Source: Balamuthia mandrillaris
Taxonomy: Eukaryota
Assembly (NCBI GenBank): GCA_031835245.2
Contig: JAVKOQ020000053.1
Span: 1 to 64,000, forward strand
Direction of reading: 5' to 3'
DNA: 64,000 nt
Every line of letters begins with the position of its first letter. The first letter of the stretch is position 1. Below are positions 50,540 through 61,766 of the stretch, in pieces. The position numbers and the translations under genes were made by a program. The notes below the pieces were generated by a model. That model saw only the letters and a list, made by a program, of their open reading frames with translations, made no database searches and was not told the origin of the DNA.

Positions 50540-52387
50540 AAGAAGAAGAAGAAGAAGAAGAAGAAGAAGAAGAAGAACAAGAACAAGAAGAAGAACAAGA
50601 AGAAGAACAAGAAGAATAAGAAGAACAAGAAGAAGAACAAGAAGAATAAGAAGAACAAGAAGAAGAAGAAGAAGAACAAGAAGAAGAAGAAGAAGAAGAA
50701 GAAGAAGAAGAACAACAACAACAACAACAACAAGAAGAACAAGAAGAACAAGAAGAACAAGCAGCAAAAAGCAAAAAGCAAGAAGAACAAGAACAGGAAG
50801 CATACATTGAGGAACTTGGTCCATTGGTCCCAGAATTTGGGCCACTTGCTTTTCATGTCCAAAATATCCCAAATAGTGGTCGCCTCTTCTAACACTAAAT
50901 ATTGAAAAAATAAGAAAGGGAGAAGGAGGAAATAAACTAGGCAAAGAAAGAAACCAAAGATACGTACAAAGGATGGTTTTCTTTTCTTCTTTAAGGTAGT
51001 CAAAGAGCCAGTAGTAAAACTTTTTGAATTCCTCTGTGTTCTGGAGCTCGCTTCTCCATTCAGCAAGTTTGCTTTTCATCTTATCCAACGAAGCAGCACT
51101 GGATAAAAGGAAGAGCATGGCCAAGTTGTTAACATTCGCACTTTCAAAAAAAAAATGGAAAGAAAAAAGAGAATAAGAAAAAGAGGTGTAGGAGGGATAC
51201 CTGTAGCCAGTCCATCCACCCACAAACTCCTCCCGAGAGAATTCCCATTGTTCCTCGGCACCCAATTTAAAAGCCAAGATAAGCAAACCAGGGTCTGTAT
51301 CCTCGGTGATGCCGAGATCGGCGGCGTATTGCATCATGCCTTGTCCTTTCATGACATCTCCTGTTTCTCCAGATTCACTCAAACTGATGCCCACTCCTTT
51401 AGGTTAAGAACAAAAACGAGTTGTTTAGTAGAGCAAAAACGGACGGAAAGAACAAAAAGAACAAGGAGATGCAGAGGAGCAAAGAAGAAGGAAAGGAATG
51501 AAAGAGCTTGTCGAACCTTTGTATTTGTTGAACAGGGTACCCAGGTTTTGCATGTCCTGCTCACTAAGGAAGCAGTGGAGGCCCTTGTGGCCTTCCAGGG
51601 GGTAGGTGAAGTTGGTGCTGCCAAAGTTGACGACAACCTTTTGACTTTGGGAGAGGGTCATGGCAGGGAAGAGGCCCTCTCCAGCGTTGAAATTATCAAA
51701 GGCGACACCAAGGTTGCTGCCGTTCTTGTAGAAGCTCATTTTCTTCTCGTCAAAGTCCACAGCACAGCCGATCACGTCGCCTGTTTTTGTTTTGTTGTTT
51801 TTTCCGGTTAAAGTGAGCTCTGAGGAGAAGAGGAGGAAGGGAAGGGGCGCGGTACCTGTGTACCAGTATTGGCCATAGTAGGTGGAGCCGCTGTGCCATT
51901 TGAGTGAGCGGCTTCCATCGTAGGCCCAGGACTTGTCGTCATCACCGACGCCATTGCCTTCCTGCACGTAATAAAACCAAACATCAGAAACGAGCGGAGC
52001 GAGGGCGTAACAGAACAGAGAAGCAGAGGAGAGGGTAGAGAGGGAGGGAACGAAATCTTACCGAGGCATTGGGAGAAAAGCTGGGGGTACACCAGCCGAT
52101 TTGCATGAGGCCATTCGTTTGCAGTTTGACTTCGTAGTACCACTTCCCGCTCTTTACTTTCGTGTTGGCCTTCACTGACTCAAATTGTCTGCCGTTGTTG
52201 TTTGCCTACATTTAAAAAAAAGCAAAGGAAAGACGACACAAAGATAACATTAACATTTGCCTTCAAGTCCCGAAGGAGGAGAGTGAACAAAAAGAAAACG
52301 TACGGTAAGACCATCGGAAGCGATGGTGACGTGGCTTTGTCTCTCGATCTTCACCAACTTGGTCTGCGGCGGTCCTTCACGGCTCAT
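50180..52387 (-). CDS. SPRY domain + DCN1/DCUN1D cullin-binding (PONY) domain protein
   Basis: SGKWYYEVKL...MQIGW...GVGDDDKSWAYDG...GDVIGC...LFPAMTL; LILAFKLGA...FSREEFVGG, FKKFYYWLFDY, ISKDTW, GSWPILIDEF. Confidence 0.88.
50508..50800. repeat. ~290-bp (AAG/AAC)n intronic microsatellite
   Basis: Direct reading; lies inside an intron of the SPRY-DCN1 gene. Confidence 0.95.
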
Positions 52388-52734
52388 CTCTTTTTTTTTT
52401 TTTTGTAGTGTTACCTTTGTTCTCCTGCTACTCAGATCCCCTGAGGTCTCCTCCTCCTTCTTGTGCTACGCGCTGCCCCAAATTTTTTTTTTCAGTTCAC
52501 GGCAGTATTTTTGTAGACAATTCCTTATTCAGAGATTTTTTCCTTGGCGGAATAATTATAATTCAGCAGCGGGCAAGCGAAACGTAAAGGAGCAATTTAT
52601 GCCCAGATTTCTCGTTGTTTCGGCTGAGGAGAGTCCAGCCACCAACAGGGGCGCTCCACCTTTGTCTTGGTGAGGGGGGGGCTTCGTTTGGATTCTTTGG
52701 TTTTACATGGTGGATAGCTCCAAGTTTGGCCCTA

Positions 52735-54077
52735 CTAAGCAGAGTGGGAGGTTGGTTTGGAAAGCATTTGGGCTATGGTGCGAGTGTGCTCTGAGCAGAA
52801 TAGCTACTGTCAATTTGAATACACACATACATGAAGAAGAAGAAGAAGAAGAAGAAGAACAAGAAGCAAGAAGAAGGGGTTACCGTACCAGGAGTGGTTC
52901 TACAACAGCCTCCTATGAGGGAAGCCCCCTCCTGCCGCCATTGGGCTACCATAGATTCCAGCGAGAAGGTTTCTGCAGGTGCTGTCCATTCTTTAGAGTG
53001 GGCGTCCCATCCCTCTCCGCTGTTCGGGTAGACGATTAAAGGAATGTCTCTTCCCGCTTCTCTCAGAGCGGTCATCAAGTTTTGTAACAGCCCTGAAATG
53101 AAGGCAGGAGAAGTGCAGTTAACACCGATGGCTGCCACAAGCTTCCTTCTTCCGCTCTTCGCCTCTTCCTCCAACAACTCTCTAACACAGTCCGCAATCC
53201 TCTCTCCGCTGTTTAGATGCTTCTCGTCCTTACAAGAATAGCTGAACCACGCTTGAATGTGTTGTGCGTTTCTCTCTCCTTCTCCTTCTTCTGTAGGCTG
53301 CAACTCATCCATGAGGCGAAGAAGAGCCTTGGCTTCTGCTCCGCAAGGAATGGTCTCACAGGCCACAAGATCTGGCCGCAAAGACAACAGTAATTGCAGC
53401 CTCTCCCTATGGAAGTCGATCAGTGACTCTAAGGATGATGGCGTGAGGCCGTAGCGACCGTCGTACTCGGAGCCGTCGTTCAGATGAGCCCCGTAGGGAC
53501 CTACCGAGGCTGCTATCAACGGCTTGATGAGTTCTCCTTTGTTCTTCTTCTCTCCTGCTACTTCTCCCCAGTACGCATCTCTAGCTTCCTGTGGATGTGT
53601 TTGCAAAGGGCAAAGAAGCAGATGAGTTGAACGAGCAAAAAAAGTGGAGAGAAGCAGCCACAAAATACTTTGGCAAGAGATATGCTCAGTGCAAAGAGTC
53701 TTTGGCTCTCACTGTGAGAGAGGCCGCGTTGAGCAAAGCCTTGGAAAGTGGCTTGGTAGGAGGACGTTATGATGATGTCCGCTCCCGCTTCGAGATAGTT
53801 CTTGTGAACCTTTTTGATTTTGTCTGGGTCCTCCACCAACAGTCTTGCTGACCACAACCTATCTTTGTGAGCCTGGTTCAGACGAAAGAAGAAAGAAGAA
53901 GAAGATAAGGAGGAGGAGCGGGAGTAGAGGGAAAGAAAAAAAACCTTTCAAGTCGAGACCCATGCGTTCCAGTTCAGTAGCAAGCCCACCATCTACCACA
54001 GCAAAGCCCTGGACGGCCAACAACCGCTCCAACGGAAACCTAACATTACATTTCTCACTCTCGCTCTTGCGCTCCAT
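52735..54077 (-). CDS. Homocysteine S-methyltransferase (MmuM/HMT family)
   Basis: VVDGGLATELE, WSARLL, YLEAGADII, ASVGPYGA, GVNC, YPNSGE, IGGCCRTTP. Confidence 0.94.
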
Positions 54078-54152
54078 CTTGCACCAATCCCTTTCTGCTT
54101 CTCAAGCACACACAAAAAAAAGTTGAACTTTTTTATATTTGTTTCTCTCTCG

Positions 54153-55365
54153 TTATGCCTGCATGACGCTCTCGATCTCCTGCACCGTCTTTGGGGCTTC
54201 CCAAGTGAGCACCTCGGGCGCCTCGCCGTCCTCCCTGATGACCAAGTCGTCCTCGATCCTGATGCCGATGCCCCTGTACCTGGCCGGGATGTCCTCCTGC
54301 ATGTCGGAGGGAATGTAGATGCCCGGCTCCACCGTGCACATCATGCCGGGGCGGAAGGGCGTGGCCGTGCTGATGGAGTGGACATCGTGCACGTCCATGC
54401 CGAGCCAGTGCCCGATCGAATGGGGATAGAACTTCACGTAGGACTTTGTTGTTGTTGGAGTTAGGTTTGGTGTACGAGAAAGAAGAAAGAAACAAGAAAG
54501 AAGAAAAGTAGGTACACGACGCTTGATGATGGTAGAGGCAGAGTCCTGCGACAAGCCAAGCTTGATCAAGAGGTCCGCCATAAGCTCGGCAGAATAATGG
54601 TGTAACTCCAGAGGACTCATGCCATGTCCAACTCTGCATTTCTGTAAAGATGATAGAAAAGTTCATTGGGCATGAGTACGTAAGAATAACAAAGATGAGG
54701 AAGAAATAAAAGAAACAAGAAGAAGGAAATAATACATCAATGCATTTTAGCTGTACTTCCAACAAAGCTTCATAAAGTTCTTTTTGCGCAGCAGAAAACT
54801 TGCCTGAGATAGGCCATGTACGAGTGATATCGCTGGAGAAGTTACAATATTCTCCTCCGGCATCCACCAACAACTAAACGAATGTGAGCAAGGAGTCGTT
54901 AAAATGGAGAGCGTAATCTTTCGTCATACGTACCAGATCACCCTCTTTCAATATATCATCGTTGGCGATATAGTGAAGAATGTTAGCGTGTTCACCAGAA
55001 GCAATCACCGGTGGATAGGCTAGCCGCAGTGCTCCTAAAGCGATATGAGTAGAGGGAGAGTGAGAGAGGAGAATGAGTAAGAGAGAAATAGGAGATAAAA
55101 CAGATTATCTGTACAAACGCACCTCTCTTTCTTACTTCGTATTCCATCATTGCCTCTATTACATTTTCAGTCATACCAGGCTTCGTATCTTTCATCACCT
55201 CTTTGAAAGCTAATAGCACATTGGGTTAACTTCAAGGAAGAAGCAAATGAAAGTAGAAAGAAGAACCTTGGGCGCTGATATGCGTGGAGCGTCTCATGAT
55301 CGCAATCTCCGCGGGTGACTTTACTAATCGCATTGACTCCAATATCTTTTTGGGATTTTTGATCT

Positions 55366-55415
<50 letters not shown>

Positions 55416-56637
55416 AATAAGTGGGAAGGTAAGAGAAGAACACACATCTGAGAGATAATAACAAACCTTTTCCTTCAACTCGTAATAAATAAGGAGCTAA
55501 CTTTTCAGTAGCCTTCATATTGGCATCTGCATCAAAACATATGACGGACGCGGAGGAGAGCAGCTTTGGCAATTCCTCCAAATGATGCTCTATGGAAAAA
55601 GCTTCATCGGCACCAAAGAATTCTACTGCTCCCTCCAACCCAGAACGCGGTCCATCCCATATCTCTCTTAAATAGAACTGTATTAGGACGAGCTACAAAC
55701 AATGAACAAGAAATAGGCAAGAACACAAAAAAGCAATGAACAGCAAGAAGACCAAAAAGAACGAACAAGAACGACGAAACATAAAGAAAACAGCGAAAGA
55801 AAGCGATAGTATGATATAGTGGAATGATAGAAGCTACCTCTTTGGATCTCGTGGTCGCACAAACATGCTCATGTGGACCTCGTTCGTGTTTTGCTTTTCT
55901 GCAGCGCCAACACAAAGCAAAAAGTCAGCGTATGAAGAAAAAAAAGCAGAGGAAGAAGGAGAAGAGAAGGAAAGAAGAGGAGGAGGAAGCAAAAAGTAGC
56001 AGCAGACGAGAGGAAAAAGAGCAAAAGAAGAAAACAAGAAGAATGATGAAGAGTAACTGAGCAACAAAAACGCATCCGGTTCATCATAGCCACACAAATA
56101 GTAAAAGTCTGTGTGTTGACGAAAGCGATAACTGCAGAAGCAAATGAGGAGAGAAAACGGTGAAAAAAACAAACGCAACACAAAACAACAAAGCAAAAGG
56201 ATGTATCTCACGGTATGTCGTTGCTCATGATACGCTCCGGGTTGGATGGGACCAAGGCGATGGCTCCGGCAGGCAGTTGCTCCACGAAACGAAGCCGTCG
56301 CTCCTCGTACTCCTCTGCCGTAATGCCGGGTGTCACTGTTCAACGAGGTAGCACCGCGGTGAGTGAAAGAGGAAGAACAGGAAGAACAGGATGAACAAGA
56401 CGAACCTTCGCCAGGTTTCAGCAGATGAGCGTGAGTGGAAGGATGAGGTTGGCCCATGCGGCGCGGCGGTTGTTGGCTGCTGGTGGTCTGAGAGGAAAGC
56501 GATCTGGCGAAAAGGGAGTGGCTGGACTTTGAGCCACTGGCAGCAACAGCAGCAGCATTCTTCACTTGCAACCCGGACCAACAGGCCAAAGCAACACCGC
56601 CACTCAAAGAAGGAGCAAAGCCAAGCGTTCGTTTCAT
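54153..56637 (-). CDS. XPNPEP3: Mitochondrial Xaa-Pro aminopeptidase (ICP55/XPNPEP3, M24B)
   Basis: GQPHPSTHAHLLKPGE, FRQHTDFYYLCG, WDGPRSG, VDAGGEY...SDITRTWP, HSIGHWLGMDVHD, TVEPGIY, GIRIEDD. Confidence 0.94.
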
Positions 56638-56770
56638 CTTTCTCTCCACAAACGAAATTTTAGTTTTTCTTTGTTTAACGTCACGTCGTCGCGGAAAAAT
56701 ATCATGTCGTCACGATAATATACACTTGGAGTGGAAAGAGAAGCAAGAAAACCTGAAGCGCAACCAGAAG

Positions 56771-58015
56771 ATGAGCCTTCATGCCCGACGCAAACATCCG
56801 GACAAGCTCCAAGAGCGGCAGGAGCAGCAAAAGTCAAAGCCTCGACTACGCTTCCGAAGCCAGGGATTGACGGAGGTGCACTTCATCGTCAATGCGCCTC
56901 CTGCTTATCATTATTCCCTGGATGGCTTTCTTGATGAGGAGGTGTTGGAAACGTGGCAACCGGAGGAGATGACGGTCAAGGAGCTGAAGATAGCCTTGAA
57001 GAGCAGGAACCTGTCGTGCAGTGGAACCAAGAAGGAACTAGCGGAGCGGTTGAGAGCCGTCATAGAGCCAGAACGCGAGGAAAGGAAACGAAGGCTAGCA
57101 GAAAGGAAGCAACGGATGGAAGAGCTTGATAAAGCGAGGAAAGAACGACTAAGACGAAAAGGTATTCTGCCTGACGAAGAGGCAGAAGAAAAAAGTAGAG
57201 ATGGTGCACAGAGTGAGACCTCCAGCACGAACAGAAAGAGAAAACGTAAAGAAAAGGGACCGGAAGAGCTGCAACAATTCTTTGCCATGTTAGAGGCTGA
57301 CCAACGGAAGCAAAAACAGGAAAAGATGGTAGCAACACCACCAACAGATGCAGCATCAAAGCAAGAAGAGGTGTCAGCCACCAACACAGAGCTTGCTTCT
57401 GCGTCTGGCCGCGTCCTGCGACCTCGCCGCCAAAGGCGTCTCTTTTCTGCACCCAACAACGAGACACCCACGATCACCATGACAGCCGCCTCTTCCTCCT
57501 CCTCTGTTGACACGAAACGACCCACCAAGAAACAGCGTTCTTCTTCTCCTGCCCCCTCTCCTCCCGTGTCTCCCTCCTCTTCTCCCATGCGTCCTCAAAG
57601 CAAGAAGATCCTGCAACACCTGCTCTCCTCCCCCACACAACGTCTCCTCTTTTTCCCTCCTCAACTACCCGCCGGCAAAGAAGAAGAAGCAGACGAAGAC
57701 AAAGAAGAGGAACAACCAACCACAGAGAAAACACCAACAACGGCAACAGAATCACCACTACCTCCTTCTGGTGGAATTCCACCAGCAGCAAGCAAGGGTC
57801 CAGCTGCCAAGGGCAAGCGGCCGCTCAAAGGGGTGCTCAAGCAGCGCAAAGAGAAGAGCCCGGAGGAGATGAGCCGCAAGGAGCTCTGTGAGCATTTGAT
57901 AGCGTTCGGCGTGACGTCCCCCGCCAGCGGCAAGCGCAAGCAAGCCCTCGTGCAGATGCTGCGGCAGGCCATGGCCGACCACCAAGGCAACCTTGGTGGG
58001 ACGACGGGCAAATAG
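56771..58015 (+). CDS. SAP-domain nuclear protein, single exon
   Basis: MTVKELKIALKSRNLSCSGTKKELAERL; second SAP-like motif near the C-terminus; basic NLS-like runs. Confidence 0.85.
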   Translation: MSLHARRKHPDKLQERQEQQKSKPRLRFRSQGLTEVHFIVNAPPAYHYSLDGFLDEEVLETWQPEEMTVKELKIALKSRNLSCSGTKKELAERLRAVIEPEREERKRRLAERKQRMEELDKARKERLRRKGILPDEEAEEKSRDGAQSETSSTNRKRKRKEKGPEELQQFFAMLEADQRKQKQEKMVATPPTDAASKQEEVSATNTELASASGRVLRPRRQRRLFSAPNNETPTITMTAASSSSSVDTKRPTKKQRSSSPAPSPPVSPSSSPMRPQSKKILQHLLSSPTQRLLFFPPQLPAGKEEEADEDKEEEQPTTEKTPTTATESPLPPSGGIPPAASKGPAAKGKRPLKGVLKQRKEKSPEEMSRKELCEHLIAFGVTSPASGKRKQALVQMLRQAMADHQGNLGGTTGK

Positions 58016-58202
58016 CTGACAAGTTCACCTTTTCGCTAGTATTTTTGTGCGGGTTTTTTTTTGGCGGGAAAGTTTGGCTATGTGGTAAATGAGGCACTGT
58101 AAAAAAAAAGTAGCGAGCAAGAAAAGAAGTACCGAAACAGAGCCGAAGAGAGAGAGAGAGAGCAGCGCCGCAGACGTTTGCGTGGAGAGAGATAAAGTCT
58201 TC

Positions 58203-61200
58203 ATGGCCGACGATGCCACACCCAACAAACCGAGCAATGGGGTCTCAGTCATAGATAGTCCTCTCGGCAAATTGGCGAACGGAACGCGCACGCACGCAAC
58301 GCGTAGCGCAGCGGCGTCTCCTTTTCGCTCCTCTCCAAAGCGAACGGCTGCTGCCTCTGCTTCGACGAAGAGGAGTGCTCCATCATCTGTCGCAGAGCTC
58401 TTAGAACGGCTCAGTACAAGGTTTAGGATTAAAGGGTTGCCGCTTGGAGAAGAGTCGGTTCCACTGGTCCTTGCACTCATGGAACGCTTGGAGCACACCA
58501 CCAAGACGTGGGCCACTCAAACAGCAGAGCTTCAGCTCTACAAAACAAAGGTTCGTTTTGATGTCCCGTTTTTTTGGAGAGGGTTTTTCTAAGTTGGAAT
58601 GTATACGTGCTTTATAGACAAACGAGCTGCAACAACAAAATGCAGCACTGGAGAAAAAAGTCATGAAGCAACAGAAAGAGATAACGCAACTGAAGGAACG
58701 GAACGGATCAGCTGTAGGCAAAGTGGAAAGAAAGGAGAAACACAAAGAACAAGAGGAATCACAAGAAGAAGACGAGGAAGAGACGGAGCGAACACGCGAG
58801 GAGCTGAAGCGGTATCAACGCGAGATAGAGAAGCTCTTGACTGAGCGAGAGCTCATTCTGGGCAAGTTCAGAGAAAGCGAAACGTGAGAGACCTTCTCTT
58901 TTTTTTACCGACTCTCTTGTTCATTTTTCTTGTATTTTGAAAAGGGAGAAAGAAATGGCTACGAAGAAACTGGAGGAACTGTTGGCTTCTGTACAAGCCT
59001 TTCGTGCGCTTGCTGCAGAACGAAATAAACAACCTAACCACGAGACGATACAACTTCTTCAGGTTTGATTTCTCAATCTCTCTCTCTCTCTCTCTCTCTC
59101 TCTATTCTCCAATCATGCTTATGTTCTTTTTACGTATCACTAGGAATGCGACCAACTGAGACAAGTAGAACAACGGTTAAAAGCCGAGTTAGCGCACTAC
59201 CAATTGGAGCATGGAAGGATGGTGAAAGAATTGGAGAAAGAGCGGAGAGAGAAGGCAGAGAGCCTACGGGAAGCTGAAGCACTGACGGAACAGTTTAGAC
59301 AACAGAGCGAGGCTTTGAAACAGCAACAAGTTGGCAACAACGAGACACCTGAAGCCAAAAAGAAACTGAAGCGGATGAAAGAGCAGGTGAAGCATCTCAA
59401 CCACACGGTGCAAGACTTGCAAGGAAAGCTCCAACACAAAGAAGAACTGTTACGCTCGTGGATGCTGTTGGACAAAGGGAGACTTCCATCCAGAAGCACG
59501 AAAATGAAGCAAAAGGAGAAAGAGAACCTGTGGGAAGAGGAAGAAGGAGATGAAGAAGAAGATGGCAAGAGTAAACGGCACAGAGGCAGCATGGCAGAGA
59601 ATAAGAAATTGAAGGAACAGGTAACAGATCTGTTGGAGCAAGCCAAAACATTCGAGGCCAATATGAAGCTCTTGCAGATGGAACTGGAGGAAAGCAGTGT
59701 TTTGTTGGATGCCAAGGAGAAACAGATCCAATACTTATTGGGAGGAGGGGCTACCAGTGAAAACCTGTCCCCCTACTCTTATAACAGCAAAGCACGGAAG
59801 AAGTGGGATGAGGAGGACATCACGACGACTGAGAACAATTCTTTCTTGAAAACGAAAAAGATGGCGGCAAAGCTGAAAAAACTTGAAACGAGTTTGGAAG
59901 AAAGCGAACAAAAGATAGCTGCTTTGACGCACGAAAACAAACAACTAGAAAAACGGCTGAAACAACACAATCCAAGCGAACACTCCAAAAGAGAGCAACA
60001 ACGACAAAGTGGGAAGCAACAAGACTTGTATGAGTTACGGATTGAACTGGATTCTCTCAAACACGAGCACAGTCTTCAAAGAGATTTGCTAGAGCTGAAA
60101 GAGAGCGAGTTACGAAAGTTGGGACAACGACTGGAGAGCTTGACAGAGGCACACGCTAAGCTTCAAAGAAAGTATCAAGACTTAGAAATTCTGAAGGCCT
60201 CCTTGGAAAGCGAGCTGAACGACAGCAAAACTGAAGCTGCGGTTTGTTTAGTCACTTTGTATGTTTCTCACACTTTACGCAACTCTAAGTATAAAAACTA
60301 TCCAGAGAATAACGCAGTTGTTAAAGACATTGAGCCATGAAAGAGGAGGAGCCCATGAGGAGATGGAAAAATTGCACAAACGCCACTCACACACGGAGCT
60401 GTTGCTGAAAAGGAAAGAAGAAGAAAACGAACAATTATTGCTAAACAATCGTCGGTTATCTGATAGCAATGCCTGTGCGTATTGGTTTTGCATTTTCGTT
60501 TGAACATAATCATGTTAACTTGCTTTTTTTCCCTGCTCAGTCCTCACACAAGACAATAAAGCTTCCCTAGAAGAGAATCATCGGCTTTCTAGCAACATTC
60601 AACAGTTGCAAGACCAATTATTTATCGTTGAGGACCGTTTGAAAGAAGAGGTTAGCCTTGACCACGTTTTTTCTTTCTTTCGTCTTGCTTTTTCCCTTGT
60701 CTGTTGATTGCTTCTTTTTGCTCAAGTTTTGTTAAAAAGCGTAATCATCGAGAAAGATTGCAGGCGATGTTGGAAAGTGAGAAAGAGAAAGTGGAGCTGA
60801 CGGACCAGATGCGAGAAAAGCTCAATCTACTCATACAACGATCCGAGATGACAGGAGAGCGAGTGAAGGCCTTGGTTCACACCAAGGAAAAGCAGGAGGC
60901 GGAAATCACAAAGCTACGGCAGGAAGCTCATGAACTGCTGCGGGAGAGAGATCAGACCAGCGAGCGAGAAAAGCAAAACCAACGCAACTTCCAGTATTTG
61001 CAAAACACTGTGCAGCTTCAAAAAGAAGGTACAAATTCTTTTTCGCGATTCGCTTTTGCAGATACGTTATTCAACCAAACTTTATTCTTGTTCCTCTTTG
61101 TAGCATTATCTTTGATGGAAGAGGAGAAAGCGAAGCTGCATGAGTTTGTTTGTAAATACGAGGCAGCGTTGCACGCTTGCGAGCAAAAACTAGAAGCTTT

Positions 61201-61573
61201 AACAAAAGAGTTTGTTGAGGTACACATTCTCTCCTTTCACCATCAGATGATAGTTAACAGAAGTCACTAACTTTGTTATTCTCCCTGTCCTGTTTCTCTG
61301 TTATCTCTTCACCTCTTCTTCACCTTCTTAAAGCTGGAGAGGCACGTGGTGGAGGTAGAGCAACAAAACGTTCGCTTGGAAGGGCTGCTGCGGCGAGTGT
61401 ACGACAACCTGACCGACAGGGAGCAGCTGCGGGACCAGTTCAACGCGCTGATCCGGACCAATCCCGCTCGCTTGCGGGTGCAGCCTGGCGGTGGACCTGC
61501 CTCCGCAACTCCTGTTCACGGGTCGCTTAGCGGCAGCCACATGCCTCAGCCTCCTCGCTCCTCTCCCAAGTAG
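58203..61573 (+). CDS. Long coiled-coil protein with CEP135/Bld10-like N-terminal motif
   Basis: Multi-exon E/K/Q/L-rich heptad sequence; ESVPLVLALMERLEHTT motif. The gene is well supported; the family call is tentative. Confidence 0.7.
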
Positions 61574-61766
61574 CGTGGTTTATTTATCATTTTATATCAA
61601 CAATTCAACAACAGAAAAAAGAAAATAAAAAAAATAGGAAAAGAAAATAAAAATTCCAAGAATTATTAACATTCATTTTTTTAGGCCTTTGAAAAATTTC
61701 GAAGAAGAAATCTTGGTTTTTTTAATACCACCACTCTTCGCACAGCAAAGGCAGTTGATCTTCAAG

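Noticed and set aside
50290..51066. Poly-K/R/F/L ORFs
   Set aside because: Translations of the intronic (AAG/AAC)n microsatellite.
56911..58516. Long antisense ORFs opposite the SAP and coiled-coil genes
   Set aside because: Shadow frames of real coding strands, without motifs.
15997..59102. (GA)n/(CT)n tracts in many introns as mobile Introner elements
   Set aside because: No similarity beyond the microsatellite and no TIR or TSD; orientation relative to the gene varies.
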